In this document: in pieces, positions 1 through 8,602 of the stretch | Position numbering within the stretch: position 1 is the stretch's first letter | Layout of the letters: each line of letters opens with the position of its first letter | Origin: Marinobacterium iners | GTDB taxonomy: Bacteria > Pseudomonadota > Gammaproteobacteria > Pseudomonadales > Balneatricaceae | Length of the DNA stretch: 32,000 nucleotides | Reading direction: 5' to 3' | NCBI RefSeq assembly: GCF_017310015.1 | Contig: NZ_CP022297.1 | Span: 806,774 to 838,773, forward strand | Made by a program: the position numbers and the translations under genes | The notes under the pieces: model-generated | Seen by the model: the letters and a program-made list of their open reading frames with translations, nothing else | Told to the model about the DNA's origin: nothing | Database searches by the model: none

Positions 1-221
1 ACGAAAACGTGCTTGCTATTAGGTCAAACGTAACGGATGCAGAGCTCGCTATATGGCGTTCAGGCACTCGTAGCGAAGTTGTTCCAGCTACTTGTTCAAT
101 GCTAAAGCGAGATCCTTTCTTTAAAAAAGGCCTGTACTTCCGCTACATCTACTTAAGTCGACGCGGCGAAGTTCTTGATGACTTCGTGGTCAATAGGCCT
201 GCGTGCAGCGGCTTATAATTC

Positions 222-252
222 CAAAAATGAACCCGACTCCATGAGCGGGTTC
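222..252 (-). terminator. Candidate rho-independent terminator at the end of the minus-strand operon
   Basis: Perfect 7-bp stem GAACCCG/CGGGTTC (229-235 and 246-252) with a 10-nt loop. On the minus strand the stem is followed directly by ATTTTT (reverse complement of 222-228). It lies about 170 bp downstream of the stop at 423, so linking it to that operon is tentative. Confidence 0.35.
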
Positions 253-422
253 CCTGTATGTTCTGAACCACATCAATTTGTAGCTGTGAGCTGCACAGCC
301 GGCGTATCAATTTAGGAAAGTTTCTCCGCCGATGTATGTCCACCAATTTCATTTATTTAACTGCAAAGATTACTGTTTATATATACTCGGTGCACCCTGA
401 AAAGAGCGCGCCTGATAGCAGT

Positions 423-1340
423 TCAGTTTGCTTCTGCAATTCCTTCTGCTATTCTTCTTATCTCTTGGGCGAAACGAATTCTATCATCGAACTCATACCT
501 GTTTTTTTCTCCAGTTATCACAACCTGTTTTCCTTTTTCGACTACATCATATCCTACAGATGAAAGCTGTTTCGAAATAAATAAATACAAAATCGTTTGG
601 TTGTTTTCATTAAGTATGCGGCTGTAGAAAGAATCGTTATACGCCATGATTCTCTTTATTGCATCGATTAAATCAGAAGGTTGAAAAAACTTATCTTCTA
701 TTTTTTCAATAATTTCTCTTGGCGAAACTTGATCGCCTACAATATTTATATGCTGTTTGAGATATTCTAGAGCGTCATGCCTTTCATCTCTGATAAGGTT
801 AAGTGCAAAGTTTTGTATGTCCTCACTTTTGCCATAGTGCTTTTCCAGATAAAGACTGAGTATCCTTTTCATCAGCCTTCCATCTTTATCAAGATAGTTT
901 TTTTTACAGGCTACTGCCATATACCTATCTGCAAGGTTTCTGGATAACTGATTTAGTCTTTGGTGATATTCACTCATCATTGGGCAGTACTCTGTAAGTA
1001 CTTCCCACTTTTCTTGGCTTTCAAAATTGCTAGTTGTGATTGTTTTTGGAGGGGTTTCTTTTTTAGAGTGTTCAGTCTTTTCATTCTGATTCGTTGATAT
1101 CGGGTTTTCACTATTAGATTGCTGTATTGATTCTTTTTTCTTATAAAAAATAAGGCCTAAAATAAAAGCAATAGGGCTAAAAATAACTAATCCACCAATA
1201 AATCTTAAAATGGCCATTGCAAACTCGCCTGAAAAATCAGGACCATTAATTGCGTAAAGTACTTTAAAAAAATTATAAGCAAAATATAAAAAGTTTATTG
1301 TCCAAACATATCTAAATCCATTTTTAGTTCTTTCACTCAT
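423..1340 (-). CDS. Two-TM membrane protein of unknown function with a soluble C-terminal domain (possible abortive-infection-type cargo)
   Basis: 305-aa ORF. The N-terminal ~65 aa hold two hydrophobic segments (INFLYFAYNFFKVLYAI and AILRFIGGLVIFSPIAFILGLIFY). A polar linker and a ~200-aa domain follow, with no motif I recognise. The gene is conspicuously AT-rich compared with all its neighbours. Confidence 0.65.
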   Translation of the reverse strand: MSERTKNGFRYVWTINFLYFAYNFFKVLYAINGPDFSGEFAMAILRFIGGLVIFSPIAFILGLIFYKKKESIQQSNSENPISTNQNEKTEHSKKETPPKTITTSNFESQEKWEVLTEYCPMMSEYHQRLNQLSRNLADRYMAVACKKNYLDKDGRLMKRILSLYLEKHYGKSEDIQNFALNLIRDERHDALEYLKQHINIVGDQVSPREIIEKIEDKFFQPSDLIDAIKRIMAYNDSFYSRILNENNQTILYLFISKQLSSVGYDVVEKGKQVVITGEKNRYEFDDRIRFAQEIRRIAEGIAEAN

Positions 1341-1393
1341 TTTAAGTCCCTCTTTATAAAATATAGTGCCATGCGAGTGTATTCTTTATAACT

Positions 1394-2668
1394 TCAGATA
1401 TTAAAATCCTTCTCCACCAGCCGCCCAGTCGTATTATCCATCCGATACCGGATAATGCTGCCGTCTATAATACGCTTCACGACTTCCCGTGCGGTATCCA
1501 GCTCTACATCGAACCACTCACGGGGGCGATAGGTGCCACCGTCACGGCTGTGCAGTGTCACGTTCACTCGCTGGTTATGTAGCATGGCATGGATCAGTCG
1601 TTCAAAGCGGTGCGGGTCCAGGTTGTAGCAGTCGAATGACGCCACCACCTTTACCGGTGCTTCAAGGTAGGTCTGCTGGCGCTCGGCACCGGCCAGACGC
1701 TTGTCCAAGTCCTTTTCGGTGTAGCCTATTTTGTGCAGGTGCCGTACCTGCCGCAATACCGGGTCATGGCTCAGCGAGCGCAGAATATAGATGATGCCGG
1801 TTTGCTGGTCTTTGTGGGTCAGTCCTGCAAGGCCATTCAGGGCTTTATCCTGCTGCAGGATGCGGCGACCGGTTTCGTCCTTGTACAGTGCCCGAGCCAG
1901 CGAGCGCAATAGCAGGTTGGATTCAGTCCCGTTGTCGAATACTACGCGCAGCCTAGGGTTAAACTTGGTGCCGGCGCCTACACTTTCCTTGCCGACCTGA
2001 TCGGCGATACAGATCATGCCATTGAGGATGAACATATCGCCTTCATCAATCTGCGACTCTTTTTTGAAGGGTACGGTTTCAGCACCGCCGTTGCGTATGG
2101 CGTCACGGACTTCATCAAACAGGCGCTCGAAGCGGTAGAAGTCGTCACAGACTGTGCGCTTGGCAATCTCGTCCGGGCGCTCCTTTTCTTCAGCCTCGCT
2201 CACATGCGCCATATCAAAGATGGATTCAGCTTCAGCATCCACTGACAGCAGGCCCAAGGGGTCGCTCTCGAGTATGTCATCCAGTGAACTTACATCGTCT
2301 AACCCGGCTGCTTCAGTCACGCAGGCAGGCGGGTGTGTGCCAATCTGTCCGTCAGTGTCTGTGCTGGCGCTCAATAACCTGAGACTGTCATGTTGCGCCA
2401 GTCTGTCCAGGTGTTCAGGATTGGCTCTGATGGCGGCCAAGCGCACGGCTAGGGTGGCTTCCTGCAAATCTTCAGCGTCTTGGTCAGGCTCCCGCCCGTT
2501 TTCACTCACAAATACTTCAACAGCCTTAAAACCACTCAAAAGGCGCTCATCCGCCGTGGGTGCTGATGCCCGTGAAGCCGTTACATTGAGCAGGCCCAAG
2601 GGATCATCACCGGAAAAAATATCATCCAAGGTGCGCCTGGCCGGTCGCTCACGGCGGGTGCGAATCAT
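1394..2668 (-). CDS. T5orf172 / MUG113 (GIY-YIG-like) domain protein, putative nuclease
   Basis: 424-aa ORF. The C-terminal ~110 aa (GIIYILRSL...LHKIGYTEKDLDKRL...PHRFERLIHAMLHNQRV...PREWFDVELDTAREVV) fit the T5orf172 pattern as I know it. The N-terminal half is acidic and low-complexity with two LDDI-x-DPLGLL-V motifs. The start overlaps the helicase stop by 4 bp (2665-2668). Confidence 0.8.
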   Translation of the reverse strand: MIRTRRERPARRTLDDIFSGDDPLGLLNVTASRASAPTADERLLSGFKAVEVFVSENGREPDQDAEDLQEATLAVRLAAIRANPEHLDRLAQHDSLRLLSASTDTDGQIGTHPPACVTEAAGLDDVSSLDDILESDPLGLLSVDAEAESIFDMAHVSEAEEKERPDEIAKRTVCDDFYRFERLFDEVRDAIRNGGAETVPFKKESQIDEGDMFILNGMICIADQVGKESVGAGTKFNPRLRVVFDNGTESNLLLRSLARALYKDETGRRILQQDKALNGLAGLTHKDQQTGIIYILRSLSHDPVLRQVRHLHKIGYTEKDLDKRLAGAERQQTYLEAPVKVVASFDCYNLDPHRFERLIHAMLHNQRVNVTLHSRDGGTYRPREWFDVELDTAREVVKRIIDGSIIRYRMDNTTGRLVEKDFNI

Positions 2669-4746
2669 GCGGTGGCTCCTTTCATCCGCTCACGTTTCTT
2701 CTGTTGAATATAGGCCAATGCTTCGGCATAGCGTACTTCCATTTGATCGTCACTGGTCACGGAAGGTGGTCGGCCCTTCTGCTGAACAAAGGCATTGATG
2801 CGGGGCCAGAGAATCACCGCTTCCTCTTCAGTCATCTGGGTACGCTTGCTGACAACGACATCCTGAATGGTCTTGAGTACCGGTGCGGTCAGCGCCTTGG
2901 ACAGAATCTCGTAGGCGCCCTGGAAGGGGTTGATCTGATTGATAAGGTCGATGTTCAAGTGTTCAATGTTGACGAACTTGTCACCTATTTTGAGGAACTG
3001 ACGTCCGCCACCAGCACTGCCGGTATCGATGTTATCTTCATCAGCCGATTCACCTGGTCGCTGATCGGGATTGACGGCTTCACCGGCGGGCTGCGTGTCG
3101 TAGCGACCGTCTGGTTCCAATATCTGTGCGCCGTCTGGCAAGTCCTCTTCATTGAACAGGCCACCGGTGGCGCGTGCCTGCATAGTGGTCAGTACGGTTT
3201 CACGCAGCAGTTCCCGTTCGCCTTCATCTAAATCAGGGTGCAGTCGCTCTATGACCTTGGGTATCTCGGTCTGATTAATCACTTCAGGTTCAGTGGACTC
3301 AGTGACGGCCGCAGCGGCTACTTTGGGTTCCTGCAACAGGGCGGCAATAATGTCCTCCTGCCCACCGGACTGCAGAATATCCATCACCTTTTGAGAAACC
3401 GGTGCGGCCGTGTCTTCGATTACGACTGTGCCTGGCTCAACCGTTTCGTCGGGCTTCATACGAGAGCGGGGCTTGAAGTTGATGCTGGGCGCCAGCACTT
3501 GTTCCATCAGCAGGGAAACAGTAATCGCCTTGAGCAGGTTGTTGACGCTGTTCTGCACGTCTTCATCTTCGGCATCAGGCTGGGCGATCAGGTTGGTGAA
3601 TTGAGCGTGTGTTTTACCTTCGCTGTCACGTGTTGCACGGCCGATGATCTGGATAATCTCGGTCATCGAGTTGCGGTAGCCGATGGTCAGCACATGCTCA
3701 CAGTAGGGCCAGTCAAACCCCTCTTTGGCCATGCCCAGGGCGATAATCACATCCACATCATCCCGATGGTTTACTTGGCGCAGGTATTCCTGAATGTGGG
3801 TGCGGACAAGGGTATCCGTTACCAGGTCGGCAACCTTCAGCAGGCGACCAGATGAGTGACGTACAGTGATAATGCCTGTTTTGGCATCCTGATCTTCGAC
3901 CTTGCCCAGCGCATCCAGAATGTAATCCACTTCACTGTACTTATCAGTGGTGCTCTCGCCGCTGTTGCGATGGGGAATGTGAACAATGGTTTTGCGTTCC
4001 GGGTCCAGCACTTCATGGATGGCATCCAGATAGCTGCCCTGATAGAAGTGATAGCCGATCCCCAATGACTTCAGGTAACGGTAGCCATTGAGCTGTTCAT
4101 AGTAGGTATAGGTCACTTTATCGAACAGGGCTTCATCGTCCGGCAGCAGGATAGGGGCTGCATCACCTCGGAAGTAAGAGCCGGTCATGGCAATAATATG
4201 GGCGCTGGATGATCGTATCAGGTCATCAATCAGGGCGCCCAGCCGGTTGTTTTCGTCAGCGGACACATGATGGAATTCATCAATCGCCACCAGACAGTCG
4301 TTGAAGTCGACAGGGGTGAGTTTGTCGAAGGCAAAGCGCAGGGTCGCGTGAGTGCAGACCAGTGTCTTGGCAGCGGGGTCTTTCATAAAAGCACGGAAAG
4401 CGTCTACCTTGCCGCTGTCATTGCCGGCACGGCAAAGGTCATGCCGGCTTTCAACGTGCCAATCCCATTCAAAGCCATGTGTGGTAAGGTCGGTGTCCTT
4501 GAAGCTGGCGCCGATGGATTTTTCCGGCACGGCAACAATCACCTTGCGTAGCCCCTGGCGATTCAGCTTGTGCAACGCCAGGAACATCAGCGCCCGTGAT
4601 TTACCTGATGCCGGTGGTGCCTTGATCAGCAGGTACTGGCTGTCTCGCTTGGCATAGGCGCGGGCCTGCATCTCCCGCATTCCTTGTGCGTTACTGCTGG
4701 CGCTTTTACCGTTGCGTGCGTACTCGACCTTGATCAACTCGGCCAT
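2665..4746 (-). CDS. SF2 DEAD/DEAH-box (ResIII-like) helicase with a long acidic C-terminal extension
   Basis: 693-aa ORF. Walker A is APPASGKSRA, motif II is DEFHH, motif III-like is MTGS, and motif VI is QIIGRATRD. The last ~240 aa are not helicase-like: acidic and low-complexity, then a conserved-looking helical tail. Confidence 0.9.
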   Translation of the reverse strand: MAELIKVEYARNGKSASSNAQGMREMQARAYAKRDSQYLLIKAPPASGKSRALMFLALHKLNRQGLRKVIVAVPEKSIGASFKDTDLTTHGFEWDWHVESRHDLCRAGNDSGKVDAFRAFMKDPAAKTLVCTHATLRFAFDKLTPVDFNDCLVAIDEFHHVSADENNRLGALIDDLIRSSSAHIIAMTGSYFRGDAAPILLPDDEALFDKVTYTYYEQLNGYRYLKSLGIGYHFYQGSYLDAIHEVLDPERKTIVHIPHRNSGESTTDKYSEVDYILDALGKVEDQDAKTGIITVRHSSGRLLKVADLVTDTLVRTHIQEYLRQVNHRDDVDVIIALGMAKEGFDWPYCEHVLTIGYRNSMTEIIQIIGRATRDSEGKTHAQFTNLIAQPDAEDEDVQNSVNNLLKAITVSLLMEQVLAPSINFKPRSRMKPDETVEPGTVVIEDTAAPVSQKVMDILQSGGQEDIIAALLQEPKVAAAAVTESTEPEVINQTEIPKVIERLHPDLDEGERELLRETVLTTMQARATGGLFNEEDLPDGAQILEPDGRYDTQPAGEAVNPDQRPGESADEDNIDTGSAGGGRQFLKIGDKFVNIEHLNIDLINQINPFQGAYEILSKALTAPVLKTIQDVVVSKRTQMTEEEAVILWPRINAFVQQKGRPPSVTSDDQMEVRYAEALAYIQQKKRERMKGATA

Positions 4747-4775
4747 TGTTCAGCCCTCCCTGGTTCAGTGTTTGG

Positions 4776-5084
4776 TTAGTGTGATGCCGCCTGTGTCAGG
4801 TCGTGGAAGTGGATTCCGGTCGCTCGCATTACGGCCGTCATGGTACGCAGTGTGGGGTTACCCTTAGGTGACAGGGCACGGTACAGGCTTTCCCGAGACA
4901 CCTTGGCCCGTTCAGCAATTACGGTCATGCCGCCCTGTGCCTCAACCACATGGCGCAGGGCGATCAGAAAGGCAGATTCGCCGCCTTCTTCGTCCAGTTC
5001 GTCAAACGCTGCACGCAGGTACTCAACCGCCATGTTGGGGTCGGAACGCAGCATCTCGATTACAGCATCGTCATGGTTTTTCAT
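4776..5084 (-). CDS. HTH antitoxin (addiction-module antidote protein, HigA-like; TIGR02684-like from memory)
   Basis: 102 aa. LRAAFDELDEEGGESAFLIALRHVVEAQGGMTVIAERAKVSRESLYRALSPKGNPTLRT is the typical antidote-protein HTH. There is a 4-bp ATGA overlap with the upstream toxin gene. Confidence 0.85.
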   Translation of the reverse strand: MKNHDDAVIEMLRSDPNMAVEYLRAAFDELDEEGGESAFLIALRHVVEAQGGMTVIAERAKVSRESLYRALSPKGNPTLRTMTAVMRATGIHFHDLTQAASH

Positions 5085-5422
5085 GATTCTATTCTCTCTC
5101 GATAATCCGCCAGAAACGCTTTAGCCTGGGTGATATCCTGCTGTTGGCGTTTTTTGCTGCCACCAATCAGCAGTAACACCCGGCGTTCGCCAATATCGGC
5201 GTAATACACTCGATAGCCGGGGCCATAGGTAATACGCAGCTCCATCACGCCTTCACCAACGGCTTTGGTATCGCCGGCATTGCCCAGCGCCAGTCGGTTG
5301 AGGCGGGTCAGCACGCGCATGGCCGCCTGAATATCCTTTTTCTTGGTGGCATCGAGCCATGCCTGAAAAGGGTCATGGCCATCGCTGGTCAGGTAGTGCT
5401 TTAGCTCAATCATATCAATCAT
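5081..5422 (-). CDS. RelE/ParE-superfamily toxin (addiction-module killer protein; TIGR02683-like from memory)
   Basis: 113 aa. FQAWLDATKKKDIQAAMRVLTRLNRLALGNAGDTKAVGEGVMELRITYGPGYRVYY is the characteristic killer-protein core. The gene is paired with the antitoxin just downstream. Confidence 0.85.
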   Translation of the reverse strand: MIDMIELKHYLTSDGHDPFQAWLDATKKKDIQAAMRVLTRLNRLALGNAGDTKAVGEGVMELRITYGPGYRVYYADIGERRVLLLIGGSKKRQQQDITQAKAFLADYRERIES

Positions 5423-5465
5423 TGTAGCTTGAAAGCTACGTCAGTGCCTATGCAGGTGAGGCTAT

Positions 5466-8210
5466 TCAGTCGCTGGATGTGCGCCGCCTTGCGCGGGTCT
5501 TGGCGTTACGCTGTTCCGCTTCAATTAAAGCTTCATAGCGTGCCAGCAAGAACTCCTGCCGCTCGGCCGTATCACGGAAAGGGCGCTCTCGGTACAGGTG
5601 CTCTACTGCACGGTCGAGTGCCTGGTGTGCCTGCAGTAGATCGTCCGGCATTTTGTCGGGATCGTACATCTGCGCCAGCGTTTTGTCAGGGTGCGCACCA
5701 CGGGCGAGGATTATCTGCCTGCCCAACTTTTCAATGGCGCTGCGCTGGGTATTGCTGGCGTCAGGCCAAGGGAAGGTGTTGTAAACCAGCGTGGCCGAAT
5801 AGCGGTAGTCGCTTTTGAGCCGGCCGCCGACCAGCCGCAACCAGTCCATGTGCATCTGGGTGGACAAGATTGCTAACTCGTAGAGAGTGCCATTGGGGAT
5901 GGTTTGTACGAGGTCAGTGACTATTGTTGTTCCATCAAAAATGCCTACAGGGCTGTAAACCCTTCTCTCTGAGGTAACACGGGGAACGAGGATAAAGGTG
6001 TCTGGATTATTAATATCACGGAACTGGTGTGGTCTTTCAGCCAGTTTATGGGCGCCAGCATCGCGGCTGGCAAGGCGCATCTCCTTGACATCTTCAACAC
6101 GCTTTTTCACCAGAGGCATGGCGTCAATGTCGGATTGGTCTGCACCCACTAACCATAGACACCAGCGCTCTTTGCCCTGCAGAAACTCTTGGGCACCAAG
6201 GAGTTGTCTGATCCACTTCGCGGCTTCAGGCTCAGTCAGCAACAACTGATTTTTTTCCTCTGTAGAAAGAATCAGGTGTCCGCCATCAAGTGGCTTATTG
6301 CCATAAACCATAGCTGCACAGGGTAATAACGGATGGCGGCGACTGCCCACTACAACGTTACCAGCTTCAAGCAGGTATGGACTGATATTAACAACCTCCC
6401 GCAGACGCCACTGGCTATCCAACTGCTGATAAAGGCGCTTGGACTCAGGTTTGGAACAAAGGCCAATGATCACCACATGAACACCGGCATTGCCTTGGGC
6501 GCTGTTCTTCCAACTGAAGGTTTGGTACGCAAAGGCTATCTGAACCTGCAGATCCAGTATGGCTGGCCAGAGCATGGCCACCTGCTCGCCCTGGCAGATT
6601 GAGTTGGTTGCCACCAAGGCGATTTGACCGCGTTGGCGGATATACTGTGCGCCTTTCCAGAAAAAGCTTGCCACATAATCCAGATAACGGTGTTTCTTGA
6701 ACCCGGCAAATACCAGATCCATATCGGCGTTTTGTACTGCAGAGCGATAGGTGGCCCCTCGGAATGGTGGATTGCCGCATACAAACACCTCGGCCTCGCC
6801 ATCATTCGGGCATACCGCATTCCAGTCCATACGCAGGCTGTTACCCAGTACCAGATGGCCGTAGTCCTTCAAGGGCAGCAGAGGTTCCGCATGGCCGAAC
6901 TCCTTGGCAAACAGGGTATTCATCTGGTGCTCAGCCAGCCATAACGAAAGCTGTGCGATCTCATGGGCTGCGTCATCAATTTCGATGCCGTAGAACTGGC
7001 TCAGACGGATACCGCTCATGAAGAACTCATTTTGCTGCATCTGCATTGCGTTCTTCAGGTTGACGGCCTGCAGCTCACGTAAAACCGCCATCTCCAATCG
7101 GCGCAGCTCCTTGTAGGCGATGATCAGAAAGTTGCCTGATCCCATTGCCGGGTCGAATACCCGAATTCGGGTCAGACGCCCCAGCAGGGATTCCAGTTTC
7201 TTGCGCTGGCCTTTGGCGCTGTCCAGGCTGGCATAGAGGTCATCCAGAAACAGTGGTCGTATCACCTTCATGATGTTGGGCACGGAGGTATAGTGCTGGC
7301 CCAGGCTGTCACGACTTTCCTCATCCACAACCGCTTGGAACATCGAGCCGAAGATATCCGGGTTTACTGCTTCCCAGTTGAGCTGGCCGCACTCGATCAT
7401 CATGCGCCGTGCTCTGGCGCCAATGGTGGGCATTGGCAGGTCATCGCTGAACAGGCCGCCATTAACGTATGGGAACTGGCTGATGTGCGCCGGCAGGTCG
7501 GCAGGGCGGTCTGACTCAGGCTGGTTCATAATTGTGAATAGCTGCGCCAGCAAGGCTGGCAGGTCGTCGCCGCTGTCGCTGCTGGCCTCAGTGATTACAC
7601 GCGTGAAGGCGCCAGATTTGAAAATGCCGGTGTCTTCGGCGAAGTAGCAGAACAGCAGACGAGTCAGAAAAACGTTGAGCGCATGGCGCTGTTCAGTGGT
7701 TTCAAAGGCATTGTGTTCCTTGAGGCGATCAAACAACCGGCCCATCTTGGCGGCTGCCTTGAGGTCCGCTGATGCCTCCTCAAAGTGCTTGGTGCGCTCC
7801 AGCCCCGCCATTGGTGCAAAGAACAGGTACTGAGTGGCCAGCTTGTCGAAGTCCACCTCGAGCCGTTCATCTGTGCGGGTATCCAGAGCCGTGATTTCAC
7901 GGTGGTCCGTGACCAACAGAAAGCGGCATTTGTGCCGGCGTGGTTCGTCATCGTCGGCGAGTGCCTGTTGGGCTTCATGGATGCTTTCACCATCACGCAC
8001 CGGCATGAAGTACAGCCAATTCTTCAGCGCCACATGGCCGTCTTCCTTACGAGATGCCACATTGCGCTGCCCATTGTTGCGCACCTGGGTGATCGTTGCT
8101 TTGGGGAAACCGTAAGCGTCAAGAAAGGCGAATATGAACTCACCGGGATCAGCGCCTGCAGCGGTGGCAGCCGTGAGGGTGTTCATACAGTAGGTCTGGT
8201 CGAAAGCCAT
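5466..8210 (-). CDS. MmeI-family (type IIL/IIG, PglX-like) gamma-class N6-adenine DNA methyltransferase with target-recognition domain; N-terminal nuclease motif apparently not conserved
   Basis: The ORF is open to 8300. I prefer the Met at 8210 (MAFDQ...) or 8186 (MNTLT...). SAM motif is FDPAMGSGNFLI and the catalytic NPPF lies at 6762-6773. Long blocks are collinear with MmeI as I remember it (LTRLLFCYFAEDTGIF, FPYVNGGLF, IFGSMFQ...LGQHYTS, YRYSATLVYNTFPWP, MYDPDKMPDDLLQAHQALDRAV). Confidence 0.9.
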   Translation of the reverse strand: MAFDQTYCMNTLTAATAAGADPGEFIFAFLDAYGFPKATITQVRNNGQRNVASRKEDGHVALKNWLYFMPVRDGESIHEAQQALADDDEPRRHKCRFLLVTDHREITALDTRTDERLEVDFDKLATQYLFFAPMAGLERTKHFEEASADLKAAAKMGRLFDRLKEHNAFETTEQRHALNVFLTRLLFCYFAEDTGIFKSGAFTRVITEASSDSGDDLPALLAQLFTIMNQPESDRPADLPAHISQFPYVNGGLFSDDLPMPTIGARARRMMIECGQLNWEAVNPDIFGSMFQAVVDEESRDSLGQHYTSVPNIMKVIRPLFLDDLYASLDSAKGQRKKLESLLGRLTRIRVFDPAMGSGNFLIIAYKELRRLEMAVLRELQAVNLKNAMQMQQNEFFMSGIRLSQFYGIEIDDAAHEIAQLSLWLAEHQMNTLFAKEFGHAEPLLPLKDYGHLVLGNSLRMDWNAVCPNDGEAEVFVCGNPPFRGATYRSAVQNADMDLVFAGFKKHRYLDYVASFFWKGAQYIRQRGQIALVATNSICQGEQVAMLWPAILDLQVQIAFAYQTFSWKNSAQGNAGVHVVIIGLCSKPESKRLYQQLDSQWRLREVVNISPYLLEAGNVVVGSRRHPLLPCAAMVYGNKPLDGGHLILSTEEKNQLLLTEPEAAKWIRQLLGAQEFLQGKERWCLWLVGADQSDIDAMPLVKKRVEDVKEMRLASRDAGAHKLAERPHQFRDINNPDTFILVPRVTSERRVYSPVGIFDGTTIVTDLVQTIPNGTLYELAILSTQMHMDWLRLVGGRLKSDYRYSATLVYNTFPWPDASNTQRSAIEKLGRQIILARGAHPDKTLAQMYDPDKMPDDLLQAHQALDRAVEHLYRERPFRDTAERQEFLLARYEALIEAEQRNAKTRARRRTSSD

Positions 8211-8517
8211 GAAGCGTGCGTCCTGCGTGTAGCGTATATATGACAGACAACTATAGCCGCTTGGGCAGAGAGGGGGTAGGGGTGGTGCCATCCTTGGCAC
8301 CGTAATCAGTGCAGTCTTGTCCTCAGCCAGGTGTTGGCAGCAAAGCGACCTGCATTGTCACGCTGGCGCTTTGTGCCGGTGGTGAATGTCATAAGCGGCC
8401 ACCAATGCTTATGCCCGTCTTGTGACACTAGTCAGTCAGATATTAACCAGCTCGGTGTATTTGAACGCTTCCTGAAGCGGTTGCATCTGTAGTGGCCTGA
8501 TCGTCTTGCGCGTAGGG

Positions 8518-8595
8518 GTGTTTCCTTCGCTGGTAACAGTGTTTCCTTCGTGCGCGTGAGCCTGTTAACTTCGGTGTTAACCACTACCTGTTAAC
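8518..8595. repeat. Two families of short direct repeats: GTGTTTCCTTCG x2 and TGTTAAC x3
   Basis: GTGTTTCCTTCG occurs at 8518-8529 and 8539-8550 (21-bp spacing). TGTTAAC occurs at 8563, 8575 and 8589 (12- and 14-bp spacing). Confidence 0.8.
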
Positions 8596-8602
8596 GCTGC
8601 GG

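Noticed and set aside
9-218. ORF at the left edge, open to position 3 and possibly the C-terminus of a gene starting outside the window. The opposing 149-352(-) ORF was also considered.
   Set aside because: No recognisable motif in either, and they overlap each other and the candidate terminator hairpin. Evidence is insufficient to call a CDS.
2154-2798. Antisense shadow ORFs inside the large genes, including 1489-1794, 2154-2798, 2704-3231, 3238-3855, 5429-5818, 6445-6780, 7785-8243, 13061-13648, 13685-14086 and 16336-16854.
   Set aside because: Each lies wholly within, and opposite or out of frame to, a longer ORF with clear family motifs. Their proteins are Arg/Ser/Ala-rich, as expected for the wrong frame of GC-rich coding DNA.
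5466-8300. Calling the methyltransferase a BREX pglX gene, or using the full 944-aa ORF.
   Set aside because: No brxA/B/C, pglZ or brxL genes accompany it, so canonical BREX is not supported. The first 30 codons (MPRMAPPLPPLCPSGYSC...) look non-coding, and similarity to MmeI-family N-termini begins after the Met at 8210 or 8186.
8560-8600. Integron attC-like sites suggested by the GTTAAC-containing repeats.
   Set aside because: The words do not fit the GTTRRRY/RYYYAAC core arrangement. There are no cassette ORFs and no intI gene.
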